From IMG/VR virus record IMGVR_UViG_3300034072_002082: 64,000 nucleotides of DNA, one strand, 5' to 3'. Below are positions 47,078 through 56,305 of the stretch, in pieces. This DNA is from an uncultured virus (IMG/VR IMGVR_UViG_3300034072_002082). Its lineage: Duplodnaviria; Heunggongvirae; Uroviricota; Caudoviricetes. The translations under genes and the position numbers were made by a program. The stretch's first letter is position 1; each line of letters starts with the position of its first letter. A model generated the notes under the pieces. That model had not been told where the DNA came from, made no database searches, and worked only from the letters and a program-made list of their open reading frames with translations.

Positions 47078-47911
47078 TCAGCGCTCCATCGCGCGCTGTT
47101 CGAGAGCGCTGAGCAGCACCTGGGACTGGGCCATGGTCTCAGGACCATAGCGTGCGGCAAGGCGGCGCTCGCCCATGGCCATTTCGAGCCCGTCGGCGAG
47201 CAGGGAGGCCATCTGTGGGCTTTCGGCAGCCTTGGCGAGCAGAGCGGCCACTTGGGCCTGCAGCGTGCCCTGCGGAGCCTTGATAGGCTCAGGAGCAGGA
47301 ACCGCAGGAGATGCTTCGAGGTCCGCGATGGGCTTCAGACCTTCCGGGTTGTTCAGCAGGGCCTTGTTGGAGAAAGCGTTGGGCAGAACGCGGCAGGTGG
47401 TGTCGACCACTTCCTGCATGCGGGCTGCCATGTTGACGGTCTCGTCGACCTCGGCGTTGAGGCGGCTGCGGGGATCGTTGCCGCCGGTGTGGGCCTTGAC
47501 CCACACGACATCGACATCGCCACCAAGCTCTGTCTTGAGGCCATCGATGGCACGCCATTCGTCGGCGTAGGCAAGGCCACCCTTCTTGTGGAAGCCCTTG
47601 CTCTTCCACCCTTCCAGCCAGTCATTCATGCCGTTTACGACATACTGGCTGTCGCAGATGATCTCGACAGGCTCGCTGCACATCTCTGGACATTTCTCGC
47701 GCAGGTCACGGACAAACTCGAGACCCATGCGCAGTGCCTTGACCTCCATGCCGCCGATCAGGCCGTTCTCGTATGGCTGAGCCTTGGCGGCCTTCATGCC
47801 ATCGGGCATACGCACGACGAAGCCGGCAGCGCCGGGCCGGTTGGTGTCATCGCCAACACGGAAGTTGGTGGGCTGGATGCAGCTGCCATCGCAGGCGATC
47901 ATGATGGTCAT
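47078..47911 (-). CDS. rnhA: ribonuclease HI family protein with C-terminal extension
   Basis: CDGSC, ME..AL, CDSQYVVNG...WL.GWK..G, WVKAH and N..VD catalytic motifs. Confidence 0.9.
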   Translation of the reverse strand: MTIMIACDGSCIQPTNFRVGDDTNRPGAAGFVVRMPDGMKAAKAQPYENGLIGGMEVKALRMGLEFVRDLREKCPEMCSEPVEIICDSQYVVNGMNDWLEGWKSKGFHKKGGLAYADEWRAIDGLKTELGGDVDVVWVKAHTGGNDPRSRLNAEVDETVNMAARMQEVVDTTCRVLPNAFSNKALLNNPEGLKPIADLEASPAVPAPEPIKAPQGTLQAQVAALLAKAAESPQMASLLADGLEMAMGERRLAARYGPETMAQSQVLLSALEQRAMER

Positions 47912-47947
47912 TGGTCTAGGTCCTCGATGGGAGCAGGTGAGCGATTG

Positions 47948-48316
47948 TCAGGCGTGTGTTGAGACGAGCTGCGGGCCGATGCGGCGAAGGCGGCCTCCAT
48001 CCGAGCGGGCGAGGTAGGCCTTGCGCTCGGCGAACCACGTCCAGAACGGGGTCTGGTTGACCATGTCCGCGCGCTCATTGGCGCCGCGCCAGGCGAGAAG
48101 CTCGCCAAGGTCATTCTGGCCGGTCCCATAGGGGCGGGCACCGCGGAGCATCGGGGGCAGCCAGTCCTCCTGGACGTCTGCCCACGACTTCTCACAGCGG
48201 ATGCAGCGAAACTCGCAGGAATGCTGCGTGAGATTGCGGTAAGGGCGCGGCTGGTGAAAGCCGAGCATGCAGGCGGTGCGACCGAACGTGCGAAGAGCGA
48301 GAGGGCGAAGGCGCAT
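47948..48316 (-). CDS. hypothetical protein with Cys/His motif
   Basis: C..GFH...C.RC; GAGGAAACC-ATG. Confidence 0.6.
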   Translation of the reverse strand: MRLRPLALRTFGRTACMLGFHQPRPYRNLTQHSCEFRCIRCEKSWADVQEDWLPPMLRGARPYGTGQNDLGELLAWRGANERADMVNQTPFWTWFAERKAYLARSDGGRLRRIGPQLVSTHA

Positions 48317-48378
48317 GGTTTCCTCTGGTCTGGTGGATATGTCCGGCAATTCGGCAACCCACCCCACTCAGCGACGGA

Positions 48379-48813
48379 TCAGTCGTTGAGCCATTCGATC
48401 ACGGCGAGATCGATCTCGAGCGTGTTGAGAATGATGGCGGAAGGATCGGCCGCCATGAGATCAGCGATCACGGTATCGCGATCGTCACCATCTCCCAGGT
48501 CTATCGAAAGCAGGCTGCCCTTGGCGTCACGGAACATGACCTTGTCGGCCAGAACCTCCCTCAAAGCGGTCCTCAGGACATACTGATGCGCCCGGGAGCG
48601 ACACAGGTTCACCACATCATCGTTCAGAAAAGCACTGATGGCTCCAAGATCGGCAGGACCAAAACCCTCCGCCCAGATTGTCTCGATTGGCTGGAGAGGT
48701 TCCTCCTCGCCCAAGACACAGATGGCCTTGCCATCGATGCAGAGTTGACCCTGCCATGACAGACCCTGATTAAGACCAAGGCCAGTTGAGATGTTCTTGA
48801 GCTCGATGTCCAT
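48379..48813 (-). CDS. acidic hypothetical protein
   Basis: 144-aa ORF; GGGGA RBS. Confidence 0.65.
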   Translation of the reverse strand: MDIELKNISTGLGLNQGLSWQGQLCIDGKAICVLGEEEPLQPIETIWAEGFGPADLGAISAFLNDDVVNLCRSRAHQYVLRTALREVLADKVMFRDAKGSLLSIDLGDGDDRDTVIADLMAADPSAIILNTLEIDLAVIEWLND

Positions 48814-48927
48814 ATAGACGTCCCCCCATTTATAATTCTACGGGACGTTTCGGCCGCACGCAAGCGAAGGGTATTGTTCGACGTCTTCAATGTCCGTATC
48901 ATGATGGGACCAAGGGAGATATGTCCG

Positions 48928-49590
48928 ATGCCAGCTGCAACACCACCGCCGACACCACCTGTTTTGATGCGGGCGCAGCCTGCTCCAGTTGCTTCGGCCA
49001 ACAAGTGGGTATCGGCTGCCATGCAGTCGGTTCTCAAGACACAAGCCGCGCGTGACGCTGGCAAGCGCGTGGCACCAGCTGTCATCGTGCTTCCGCAGAT
49101 CGACACAAAGTCGCCAAATCTCACCCGGTATGACCGGCTGGCGCTCGCCGAAGCGATGCGTGCAAGCCAGTCAGGGGACATGTCCAACCTGCGGGAAGGC
49201 GCGACCTCGACCTACATCGCCGATCGTATCGCCATTGCCCAGGCGTACAATGCCGGTGGCAAGAGCGCAGCGGGACGCGATGCCAAGGGTCTGCGCTGCG
49301 CCATGGTGGCAGCAGCGCTCGACCGCAGCGCTGGTCGCTATGTTGTCGGCGGCGAGAAGGCAGCCAGCGCCGCCCGCGCGGCGGTGGCAGGTGAGGTCAA
49401 GGCCTGCGCGACACTCAAGGCGCAGGCGGATGCCAAGGCTATGGAAGGGCACTGCACCTCGGCCAGCCTTCCGGCAAAGGGGCCCGCCGCTGGCGCTGAT
49501 CGCGCGCGGCTGATCTCGCCGAGCAAGGGTCCGGCCAAGGCAGAGGTTCCTATTGCCAGCCTTGCGCGCAAGTCCGGCCGCGACATCTAA
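48928..49590 (+). CDS. Ala-rich hypothetical protein
   Basis: AAGGGAG upstream; convergent terminator at about 49611-49645. Confidence 0.65.
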   Translation: MPAATPPPTPPVLMRAQPAPVASANKWVSAAMQSVLKTQAARDAGKRVAPAVIVLPQIDTKSPNLTRYDRLALAEAMRASQSGDMSNLREGATSTYIADRIAIAQAYNAGGKSAAGRDAKGLRCAMVAAALDRSAGRYVVGGEKAASAARAAVAGEVKACATLKAQADAKAMEGHCTSASLPAKGPAAGADRARLISPSKGPAKAEVPIASLARKSGRDI

Positions 49591-49672
49591 GGGCTTGCCG
49601 CTTCAGGCAAAAGAAAAGGCCCGTCGGTTTTCCGGCGGGCCTTTTCCGTGGGCGATAGTGAAGGGTCGAAGT

Positions 49673-50179
49673 TCAGTCGCCCACATACCGCACGGTGGGC
49701 TGTCCGCTCTCGGCGGTCAAGATCACCATGCTGGATTCGGGGAAGTTGACGATGATGCGGCGGCCAGCCGAGATGATCTCTTCGCCACCGCCCCACTGGC
49801 CTTCGGCCTTGTAGGCAACGACCTGGCCCTTGTTGCCGCCAAGACGGACCATCACGGCGATCTGGCTGGCATTGCGGGCCATGAACGCCTGATCGAGGAT
49901 GCCATCGCCATTCCAGTCGAGGTTGGCCGAGACCGAGTAGGCGCGCTTGCGCTCACTCTCGGGCAGGCCTTCGCCAGCCTGCTTCGAGGAGATCGCTACC
50001 CAAGGGCTCTTGGCCGCATCGACGTTGGGGACGTTGAAGCCGACAGGATAGGGCTTGGACGTCAGCTTCGCCTTGGCAACCTGCGAGGCCGTCTTCTGCA
50101 GGCCGGGATCGACCTGCGCACAGGCAGGGCTCGCCAGAACTGCGAGGGCCGAACAGGCTACGAGTGCAAACTTGAACAT
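49673..50179 (-). CDS. putative exported protein with DxNGDG (FG-GAP-like) motif
   Basis: Signal peptide; LDWNGDGILDQA. Confidence 0.7.
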   Translation of the reverse strand: MFKFALVACSALAVLASPACAQVDPGLQKTASQVAKAKLTSKPYPVGFNVPNVDAAKSPWVAISSKQAGEGLPESERKRAYSVSANLDWNGDGILDQAFMARNASQIAVMVRLGGNKGQVVAYKAEGQWGGGEEIISAGRRIIVNFPESSMVILTAESGQPTVRYVGD

Positions 50180-50264
50180 CGAATATTCCTTCCTGCCCAA
50201 TGGGCTCAACCCAACAATACGCATGACTTTGCAATCCACAACGCTGACTGAACGCAAATGGTTA

Positions 50265-51194
50265 TCAGCGAGTCCACGCTACGTGGACGTGACTATTGGC
50301 ATTGCCGTAATCTTCGAAAATCACGTCGTATCCGGGGCCAAGCGCGCTGGCGAGAGAGACGACCCACTGCTTGCACTTCGATGCGCCGACGGTGTTGCAG
50401 CGAAGGTCAAGAGCATCGCCGGTGTAGTGGTCCGAATTGGCCGAGTGGCCAGCCTGGTCATGGCCGGCCGTCACCACGGGATCAGGCAACCCGAGCGCAG
50501 CAGCGGTGAGGTTGATCTCGTCGATGATGTTGATGATGTGGCTGTCGAGCCCATCAAGCTTGGTCGCGCTGCTCTTGGCCAGGATCTTCTGGCCACCCAC
50601 GGTGCGAACAACACCAGCGCCGGAAGGCGTGGGATAGCTCTTCACGGCAGCCAGGTTCTGGCGATAGGCGGGATCGGTCGCGCCGGCGCGGTAATAGCGC
50701 ACGGTCACACCGTCATGAACGGCGCTTGTGACACGCATGCCCGTCGTCGGCGGGTTCTTCATGTACGGCGCAGAGCCACCCGGGTTCGTCGTCACCGGCG
50801 GCGTGGTCGGCTTGGGCGTCGAGGTCGGGGTAGCTGTAGGCGTGCCAGAAGGCGTGCCAGTCGGGGTCGCAGTGGGCGTGCCCGATGGCACCGGTTGGAC
50901 GACAGGCGAGGAAGTCATGCTGGGCGAGGGGGCAGGCGCGTCGGTACCGCTTGCTGACGGCGAAGGTGCAGGTGCCGGCGGCCGGATATCCCAGATCGGC
51001 ACGGATTCAGGCGCAGGCGCGCTGACAAGAGCATTGTCGTCGGCAAGGAGCCGGGCGCATTCTGCATCGGAGATCGTGCCATTGGCAGCGGGCGCCGCAG
51101 GAGTGGCAGGTGGATCGAGAGCCAGAGCAGGCGATGCGCTGAGAACGGTGATGATGCCTGTGGCGCACAGTGCCGCGAACTGGTGCTTCTTCAT
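50265..51194 (-). CDS. exported M15-family (DD-peptidase-like) zinc peptidase with Pro/Thr linker
   Basis: Signal peptide, PT-rich linker, HSANSDHYTGDALDLR and SHVHV motifs. Confidence 0.8.
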   Translation of the reverse strand: MKKHQFAALCATGIITVLSASPALALDPPATPAAPAANGTISDAECARLLADDNALVSAPAPESVPIWDIRPPAPAPSPSASGTDAPAPSPSMTSSPVVQPVPSGTPTATPTGTPSGTPTATPTSTPKPTTPPVTTNPGGSAPYMKNPPTTGMRVTSAVHDGVTVRYYRAGATDPAYRQNLAAVKSYPTPSGAGVVRTVGGQKILAKSSATKLDGLDSHIINIIDEINLTAAALGLPDPVVTAGHDQAGHSANSDHYTGDALDLRCNTVGASKCKQWVVSLASALGPGYDVIFEDYGNANSHVHVAWTR

Positions 51195-51389
51195 GTGGCG
51201 TCTGCCCCTATGGATTATTGCGGGCATGTAGACGCCCCCCTTGGTGATGATCCTAACGTCTTCGGACGTTGAAGGGAAGAGCCGGTTCGAACATCGTCTG
51301 TAGATGTCCGTCTAACGATACGGACGTCGCTTTCGTCCTGGGACGACACAAAAGAAGCCCGCGCAGTGTGGTGCGCGGGCTTCGTTCTG

Positions 51390-51698
51390 TCAGGCAGCTT
51401 CGGCGAGATCCTCTTCATCGTCCTCGTCGTGGATTACGACATCGTAAAGGAAGATGTTATGGATCTCGTCTTGGCCGTTGTAGAGCTCGTTCTGTCCAGC
51501 CGAGAGCATGACGCAAGGGTAGCGCAGCGGTTCTGGGTCACGCAGGACCCGGTGCTGGATGCGCTTGCTGCGGTCATGCGGATAACCCCCGTGATGACCC
51601 CAGAGGGTATCGAGGAAGGCGATGAAGTCGTCCTCGGTCTTGAAGAGGCGGGTGTCGTACTCGTCGGCGGTAGCGGTGAAGCGGATATTCATGGGCAT
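51390..51698 (-). CDS. small acidic hypothetical protein
   Basis: Ends DEDDEEDLAEAA; terminator at about 51351-51383. Confidence 0.65.
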   Translation of the reverse strand: MPMNIRFTATADEYDTRLFKTEDDFIAFLDTLWGHHGGYPHDRSKRIQHRVLRDPEPLRYPCVMLSAGQNELYNGQDEIHNIFLYDVVIHDEDDEEDLAEAA

Positions 51699-51852
51699 TC
51701 CTTGGGGTTGCTGCGTCTGCAGCAGGTCGTCAGGCCCACGACGATGTGATGTTCGGGTCGTCGCAGGCGATTAGTGCTTTGCGATGACCCATTTTAGTCG
51801 GTAGGTACCCATGGTGCCGATTGCTCCTTGGCAAGGGGTGAAGGTGGTTTGA

Positions 51853-52062
51853 TCAGTTGTTGCAGACGATGCTGATCTCGGAGATCTCGCCGTTCAGCAG
51901 GAGCTGGATCTGCTTGTCGAGGTCCCGCAGGAACTTGCGGCGCATGGCTGCATGCGGCTTGGCCTGACCATCCTGAGAAGGAACCTCGTAGGCCGAGATG
52001 TTGACCAGCTGGCGCACGCCGCGCTCTTCATCTTCTTCGAACTCGACGCGGCGAAGTTCCAT
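51853..52062 (-). CDS. small hypothetical protein
   Basis: AGGAG RBS before MELRRV. Confidence 0.6.
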   Translation of the reverse strand: MELRRVEFEEDEERGVRQLVNISAYEVPSQDGQAKPHAAMRRKFLRDLDKQIQLLLNGEISEISIVCNN

Positions 52063-52093
52063 GTCAGGTCTCCTAGTGTGCTGGTGTTTCCGG

Positions 52094-53206
52094 TCAGCCC
52101 TTGCGAGCTTCGCGGCGCTTCCTTCCGCGTTCCACATCAGCCAGATGAATGGCCTGTCGCGCTGCTGCTTCTGCCCGTCGTGTCTTCAGGATTGCCAAGG
52201 CATCCGTTGCGCGCTGGGCTAGATCATCTGGTGAGCATGTTTCTTTCCATACTCGGAATTCATCTGGCTCGGGAAAGCTCTCACTGATCACCGACGCGAT
52301 GGCTGAGAAGTCCTCGCGTGGTGCCCCGGTGGCGGCAACGACCGCTTCAGGGGTGAAAGCCAACTGCTTGATCTCCCGCGATGCAGCCATCCGCTGGCGG
52401 ATTGTCTCGTATTCTGCCTGCTTGCCAAAGTGCTCAAGCGCCTTGTCCGTGAAGGCTTCCTGCAAAGGATTGGGCCCCTTCACCTCAGGCCAGACAAAGC
52501 GGCCCATGCGGGCGGTCACGTCGTCAATGAAAGAGGACCGACCTTTACGCACTTTGCCGCGCCGCCGCGCCGAGCTCGACGTGCGCTGCTCCTCGTAGAC
52601 CTTGGGGTCGAAGTAGGTGCCAGAGGCAATGAAGCCAGCGATCTCCTGGTCGTTGGCAAAGCCTGCGTCATGGACGGCTGGATCCCATCCAAGGAAGCGC
52701 ACAGCTTCGTCGAAGGAGGTCGTCAGCAGCAGGCTCTCCTTGGTCGCCCCTGGCACGCGGACTGGGCAGCGCAGCCCATTCTGGCCAAAGGTCAGGCCCA
52801 TCTCGCGCGCCAGACGCCCGATCATGCTCCCGGCATCGCCCCAGCACAGATACCGGGTCGCAAAGTCGAGCAGCTCATCAGGGGAGGAGATCAGATCGAC
52901 CTGCACAAGGCCTTCAGGCAGCTGGAGGCCCACGAAGAGGATCGGATCTCTGACATCGAGGCGGCGGCTGATGTAAGGATAGCCAGCGGCTTCTCCTGCA
53001 CGGCGGGCAAGTTCTGCATCGCCTATATGGCCGACAAGCTGTGCTGAGACGACAAGATCGATGTCGCCGTGATCAGCCTTGTCACGAGGCCAGCGGACCA
53101 TGCCGGCCCCAAGGGCATCCGCAATGGCGCGCGCGATCGGAGCCATGCGCTCGGTCGGCACACGGATGGTCTCGGCGCCGAGGTCGCTGAAGGCTTTTCC
53201 GCCCAT
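52094..53206 (-). CDS. Pol-beta superfamily nucleotidyltransferase-like protein
   Basis: MGGKAF, K..HGDIDLVV, VQVDLI and G.MIG......GL.FG..GL motifs. Confidence 0.75.
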   Translation of the reverse strand: MGGKAFSDLGAETIRVPTERMAPIARAIADALGAGMVRWPRDKADHGDIDLVVSAQLVGHIGDAELARRAGEAAGYPYISRRLDVRDPILFVGLQLPEGLVQVDLISSPDELLDFATRYLCWGDAGSMIGRLAREMGLTFGQNGLRCPVRVPGATKESLLLTTSFDEAVRFLGWDPAVHDAGFANDQEIAGFIASGTYFDPKVYEEQRTSSSARRRGKVRKGRSSFIDDVTARMGRFVWPEVKGPNPLQEAFTDKALEHFGKQAEYETIRQRMAASREIKQLAFTPEAVVAATGAPREDFSAIASVISESFPEPDEFRVWKETCSPDDLAQRATDALAILKTRRAEAAARQAIHLADVERGRKRREARKG

Positions 53207-53256
53207 GGGAGGTTCCTTGAAATGTTTGGCTTGGACGAGGGTGCTAAGAAGGCCGG

Positions 53257-53484
53257 TCAGGTGATGATCAGGCTCTCACCCTGCTCGTTGTAGAAGATAG
53301 CTTTGCCGTCGGCGCGATGGCACTCTTCGATATATTCGCGCTCGATCTGCTCGTCACCGTCGGGATCGAGGTAATAGACGGCCGAGCCTGCGAAGAGAAC
53401 GTCGAGGGCCTCGCTGATGCTTGGCGTGGTGTAGCAGCCATGGTCGTTGCGGCTGAGGTCTTGGGCCTGGACGATGACGGTCAT
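53257..53484 (-). CDS. small acidic hypothetical protein
   Basis: GAGGAAAACCCC-ATG. Confidence 0.65.
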   Translation of the reverse strand: MTVIVQAQDLSRNDHGCYTTPSISEALDVLFAGSAVYYLDPDGDEQIEREYIEECHRADGKAIFYNEQGESLIIT

Positions 53485-53724
53485 GGGGTTTTCCTCTCCG
53501 ATTCGTGGATCGAAAACCTCCCAGAATCCATTTTCAGCAGGTTTTCCTGCCCTGACGCGCTTTATCGCGGAAAAAAGATGTACGCCATATCAATGGCTTA
53601 GTCATATGATGGCACGAACCGTTACGATTCGTGTTGAAACATCACGGTCCATCACATAACACCGTCTTACAGCGAAGACGGGGCAACAACGCAGCCGTTA
53701 TACCTGAACACCTAGGAGTTTCCA

Positions 53725-54216
53725 ATGGTCAACGACGGCATCTTTATTAGCGCGACGACGTTCCGCGAACTTGCGCCTGCAACGCAGGCCGATATCCTCG
53801 CCAGGCTTGCCGGGGAAACCATTGGCTCCAAGCAGGCACAGTCAGCAGGCGAGGGTGAAGCTGAATCCGAAACCGATGAGGACTTTGCAGAGCTGAGCCC
53901 GACGCAGGCGCGCGAATTTCTGTCTGGATGCGGCGAGCGGACCCGTAAGATGATCCAGCTGATCGCAGAAGGCGACAGTCGCCACTTCCAGTTGGCTGAT
54001 CTTGCCGTGGGCATGGGCTGCAAGCCCGGCGATCTGCGCGGCGTCTGGAGTGGCCTGACCCGCCGCCTCTATACGATCCTCGGCAACACCGACGCCTATC
54101 TCATCGACTGGGCATCAGAAGCCGTGCTGGGCGAGGAGGGCGAATATCTCGATCATGCGGGCGAGGTCACCGAGATGACCTATCAGAGCTTCCGTAAGGT
54201 GCTCAAGTTGGCCTGA
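53725..54216 (+). CDS. hypothetical protein, possible winged-helix
   Basis: AGGAG RBS; LADLA..MG....DLRGVWSGLTRR. Confidence 0.65.
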   Translation: MVNDGIFISATTFRELAPATQADILARLAGETIGSKQAQSAGEGEAESETDEDFAELSPTQAREFLSGCGERTRKMIQLIAEGDSRHFQLADLAVGMGCKPGDLRGVWSGLTRRLYTILGNTDAYLIDWASEAVLGEEGEYLDHAGEVTEMTYQSFRKVLKLA

Positions 54217-54331
54217 CACCAGCTACATCGAGGCAACGCTAGGGGCGGGAAGGAATTTCCGCCCCATTTGCGTGGGCGCAAAGAAAAAGCCGGGAGCACC
54301 CTGATCATGGGCGCTCCCGGCTTTGGGCAAG

Positions 54332-54976
54332 TCACAGGAAATCGTGCAGTTGGCGACTGCCGCGCGGGGCGAAGGTAGATGGCCTTGGCTTGATCTTGAA
54401 CCGCTTGGGCGCCTTGCCGCGCGGCTTTGGTGCCGAAGCTGGTGCCGCTGCCCGTGTTTGGGCCTGCAGGCGCTGGCTCATGCCATGGCGGCGCCAGACG
54501 TTGGGATGGATCGGCCGGCTGGCACCGCGCTTCCACAGGCCCCGTCCCAGCAGGCGTGCCGGGATGTGGAGGGCCCAGGTCAAGGGCGATGCTGGCCAAG
54601 CTGCGCCTGCCAGGACCATGCGCCACGAGACTGGGCCACGAAGGGTGATCACCCAGCACAGCCAGCGGCCGTAGCGATCGGCGCCGAATGGAATGAACAG
54701 CGCGCGCCGATCGCCGAGCATACTCACAAGCACGCTGCGGGCATCCTTGCCGTAGTCCTGAGTGTATTCAGGAGCATCGATGCCGCGAATGCGGATGCGG
54801 TAGGAGCGTAGCCACGCCTTGCTCTCGACGCTGTCGCCATCGGCGAAGTGGCTGACGGTACCAATCCACGGCAGACCGACGGACTTGGCGAGGATGACGA
54901 GGAAGGCGAGGGCCGCCAGCGCCGGGACGGCGATAGTAAGCGGGCTGCCGACGAGGCTGTTGAGCGCTGCGAGCAT
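54332..54976 (-). CDS. thermonuclease (SNase) family protein, membrane-anchored
   Basis: DGDS, IRIRGIDAPE..Q.YG, DRYGR and MV.AG.AW motifs. Confidence 0.88.
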   Translation of the reverse strand: MLAALNSLVGSPLTIAVPALAALAFLVILAKSVGLPWIGTVSHFADGDSVESKAWLRSYRIRIRGIDAPEYTQDYGKDARSVLVSMLGDRRALFIPFGADRYGRWLCWVITLRGPVSWRMVLAGAAWPASPLTWALHIPARLLGRGLWKRGASRPIHPNVWRRHGMSQRLQAQTRAAAPASAPKPRGKAPKRFKIKPRPSTFAPRGSRQLHDFL

Positions 54977-54979
54977 GGC

Positions 54980-55390
54980 TCAGGCAGCCTTGCGCCACTC
55001 GTTGCCACGTTCATCACGCAGGGTCTCGCCCTCGTAGATGGCAACGACCTTGAGCATGCCGCGCTCACGCACAGCCATGCCCTTGACCAGGCGGTCGCGC
55101 TTCATGGCATCGGCGATCTTGCCGAAAGCCACGACGACCGGCTGGCCGCCTTCGGCGAACGAGACGTAAGGCTGGCCGCCGGCGGTGCGACCTTCTTTCA
55201 TCGATGCCGACTGGAAGTCGATGTGGACAGACTGCGGAGCTGCTGCGGTGGTCGCCGCGCGCGCCGGGGTCTGCGCAACAGCCGATGACTTGCCTCCAGC
55301 GGCAACTGGCTTGGTGACGGCTTCACCTGCGGCCTTACGACGGGCGATCGCACGGGCGATAGCGAAGCGCTGAGCGTTGGAACGGGCCAT
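54980..55390 (-). CDS. hypothetical protein: RFAIARAIA N-terminus plus OB-like C-terminus
   Basis: GQPYV...VVAFGKIAD motif shared with the OB-like paralogs; ends RKAA. Confidence 0.65.
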   Translation of the reverse strand: MARSNAQRFAIARAIARRKAAGEAVTKPVAAGGKSSAVAQTPARAATTAAAPQSVHIDFQSASMKEGRTAGGQPYVSFAEGGQPVVVAFGKIADAMKRDRLVKGMAVRERGMLKVVAIYEGETLRDERGNEWRKAA

Positions 55391-55498
55391 GGTAATTTCC
55401 TCCGAGTGATTTGATCGTGGAAACCTCCCACAGCCCCTCATGGAAAATGGCGCGGAGGGAATCCCCCGCGCCATTCTCTCCTCGTCCTTCTGGCGAGG

Positions 55499-55945
55499 TC
55501 AGGCAGCCATCCCCATGCGTTCCACGCTGGCGATGGCGCCAAGATCGGCTCGCTCGGCTTGGCCATTGGGCCGTGCCGCGCGCACCGGTGCTGTAGCCCG
55601 GATCTGCTTTAGCAGCTCCGTCCGGCTCAGGCCGCCTGTCTGGGCAAGCACCTGTTCCACAGCTGTTGCGGTGGACGGGTCGAGCAAGACAGAGCGGTTG
55701 AGACGGCCAAACCCGATAGCCTGCAGGAAGCGGGGCGCGCCTTGGGCGTGTGTGCGCACGAGCTGCTCAACATGCATCAGACGCGGTCCGCGTATGTTGA
55801 TGTCATATTCGATGTCGGTTGCCTGGCGGCCGGTTGCTTGCGCGACGTGCCAGTCGATCAGGTAGATCAGCATGGCAATGCGCTCGAGGTCTCGCTCGCG
55901 CGCGCAGAGCAAATGGATGAGCGCGCGAGCCTTGTCGAACTTCAT
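55499..55945 (-). CDS. Panacea/SocA (DUF4065)-like protein
   Basis: KFDK....IHLL...LIYLIDW.....TGR..T..EY....RGP pattern. Confidence 0.6.
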   Translation of the reverse strand: MKFDKARALIHLLCARERDLERIAMLIYLIDWHVAQATGRQATDIEYDINIRGPRLMHVEQLVRTHAQGAPRFLQAIGFGRLNRSVLLDPSTATAVEQVLAQTGGLSRTELLKQIRATAPVRAARPNGQAERADLGAIASVERMGMAA

Positions 55946-55974
55946 GGGGGACATTTCCAAGTGGAGCGCTGCTC

Positions 55975-56202
55975 TCAGCGCATGAAGGCGTGGGAGAAGA
56001 CGAGTTGGTTGCCGACTTTGAGGGCAAAGCCACCGGCAACGATCCATGCCAGTGCAATGCCGAAGGCAGCGAGGCCGTGGCTGAAGAACATTGCATCCCA
56101 GACCTTCTGAAGCCCGGTAAAAGCCAGGAACAGGAAGACTGCGATGCAGAATGCGGCGAACAGGACGTCGAGAGTGATACGAAGCACGAGCTTTTCCTCC
56201 AA
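55975..56202 (-). CDS. small membrane protein
   Basis: Two hydrophobic helices. Confidence 0.55.
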   Translation of the reverse strand: MEEKLVLRITLDVLFAAFCIAVFLFLAFTGLQKVWDAMFFSHGLAAFGIALAWIVAGGFALKVGNQLVFSHAFMR

Positions 56203-56305
56203 CAGTGTGTTGCTGTTTTCCAGATCGTGTCAGTTGGGCGGAGCCAAAAACGCCCGGCCAGACTGGGTCTGACCGGGCGCCGTGGTGCTTGTTGTTGAGG
56301 TTGCG

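Noticed and set aside
50790..50980. Short repeated DNA units in the M15 peptidase gene
   Set aside because: They encode a Pro/Thr/Ser linker, not a separate repeat element.
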